Positions 63,745 to 64,000 of a stretch of DNA of 64,000 bases are shown in pieces (position 1 is the first letter of the stretch; every line of letters starts with the position of its first letter). The DNA is from Callorhinchus milii. Its lineage: Eukaryota. The notes beneath the pieces were generated by a model. That model made no database searches. It was not told where the DNA came from and saw only the letters and a program-made list of their open reading frames with translations. Both the position numbers and the translations under genes were made by a program. Location of the stretch: positions 38,194,001 through 38,258,000 of the forward strand of contig NW_024704743.1 of the NCBI RefSeq assembly GCF_018977255.1, in the 5' to 3' direction.

Positions 63745-64000
63745 TATAATAATATAATAATAATCCTCACATTTGATATAGCGCCTTATCACGTTGTCAA
63801 GACGTCTCAAAGAGCATCACAGAATATACTGTAAAGTGCAGTGACTGCTTTGTGGGCGAACCCAGCAGCCAATTGCCACAGTGGTGTCCCACAAATAGTC
63901 ATGGGTTGAGTGACCAAATTATTATTATTATTTTTTTGCCGGTGGTATTATTCCCCCCGTAAAAGTGATCCGCCAATCGATGAGCAAACAGGTTCCTACT
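63745..64000 (-). mobile_element. tRNA-SINE, long variant, cut by the window end
   Basis: Family tail and body through ...acaggttcctact. Confidence 0.88.

Overview
Vertebrate genomic DNA, AT-rich and dense in retroposons. The CR1/L2/tRNA-SINE/Deu-SINE repertoire suggests a cartilaginous fish, possibly a holocephalan; this is inference only. The whole window lies inside one + strand gene, TRIO (Rho-GEF, paralogue of kalirin). Twelve consecutive GT-AG coding exons splice in frame without stops (2334 nt, 778 codons), covering the end of the SEC14 region and several spectrin repeats; the gene start and end lie outside the window. Introns hold many tRNA-derived SINEs, L2 and CR1 3' fragments, Deu-domain and LF-SINE-like relics, and three copies of a hAT-type MITE family, two of them complete with 8-bp TSDs. 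Most notable observations: (1) a 115-bp near-perfect fold-back hairpin at 37004-37277 whose only mismatch is a G-U wobble in the pre-mRNA; (2) an apparently exact 1108-bp tandem duplication at 39225-41458 whose middle SINE is a visible chimera of the two outer SINEs; (3) a strong in-frame 36-nt candidate cassette exon at 49534-49569 (KVGQFQFPNSSQ), plus weaker cryptic-exon candidates; (4) hAT MITEs carrying a captured L2 tail. No prokaryotic-type system is present. Repeat family names come from recalled consensus motifs, not from a database search.
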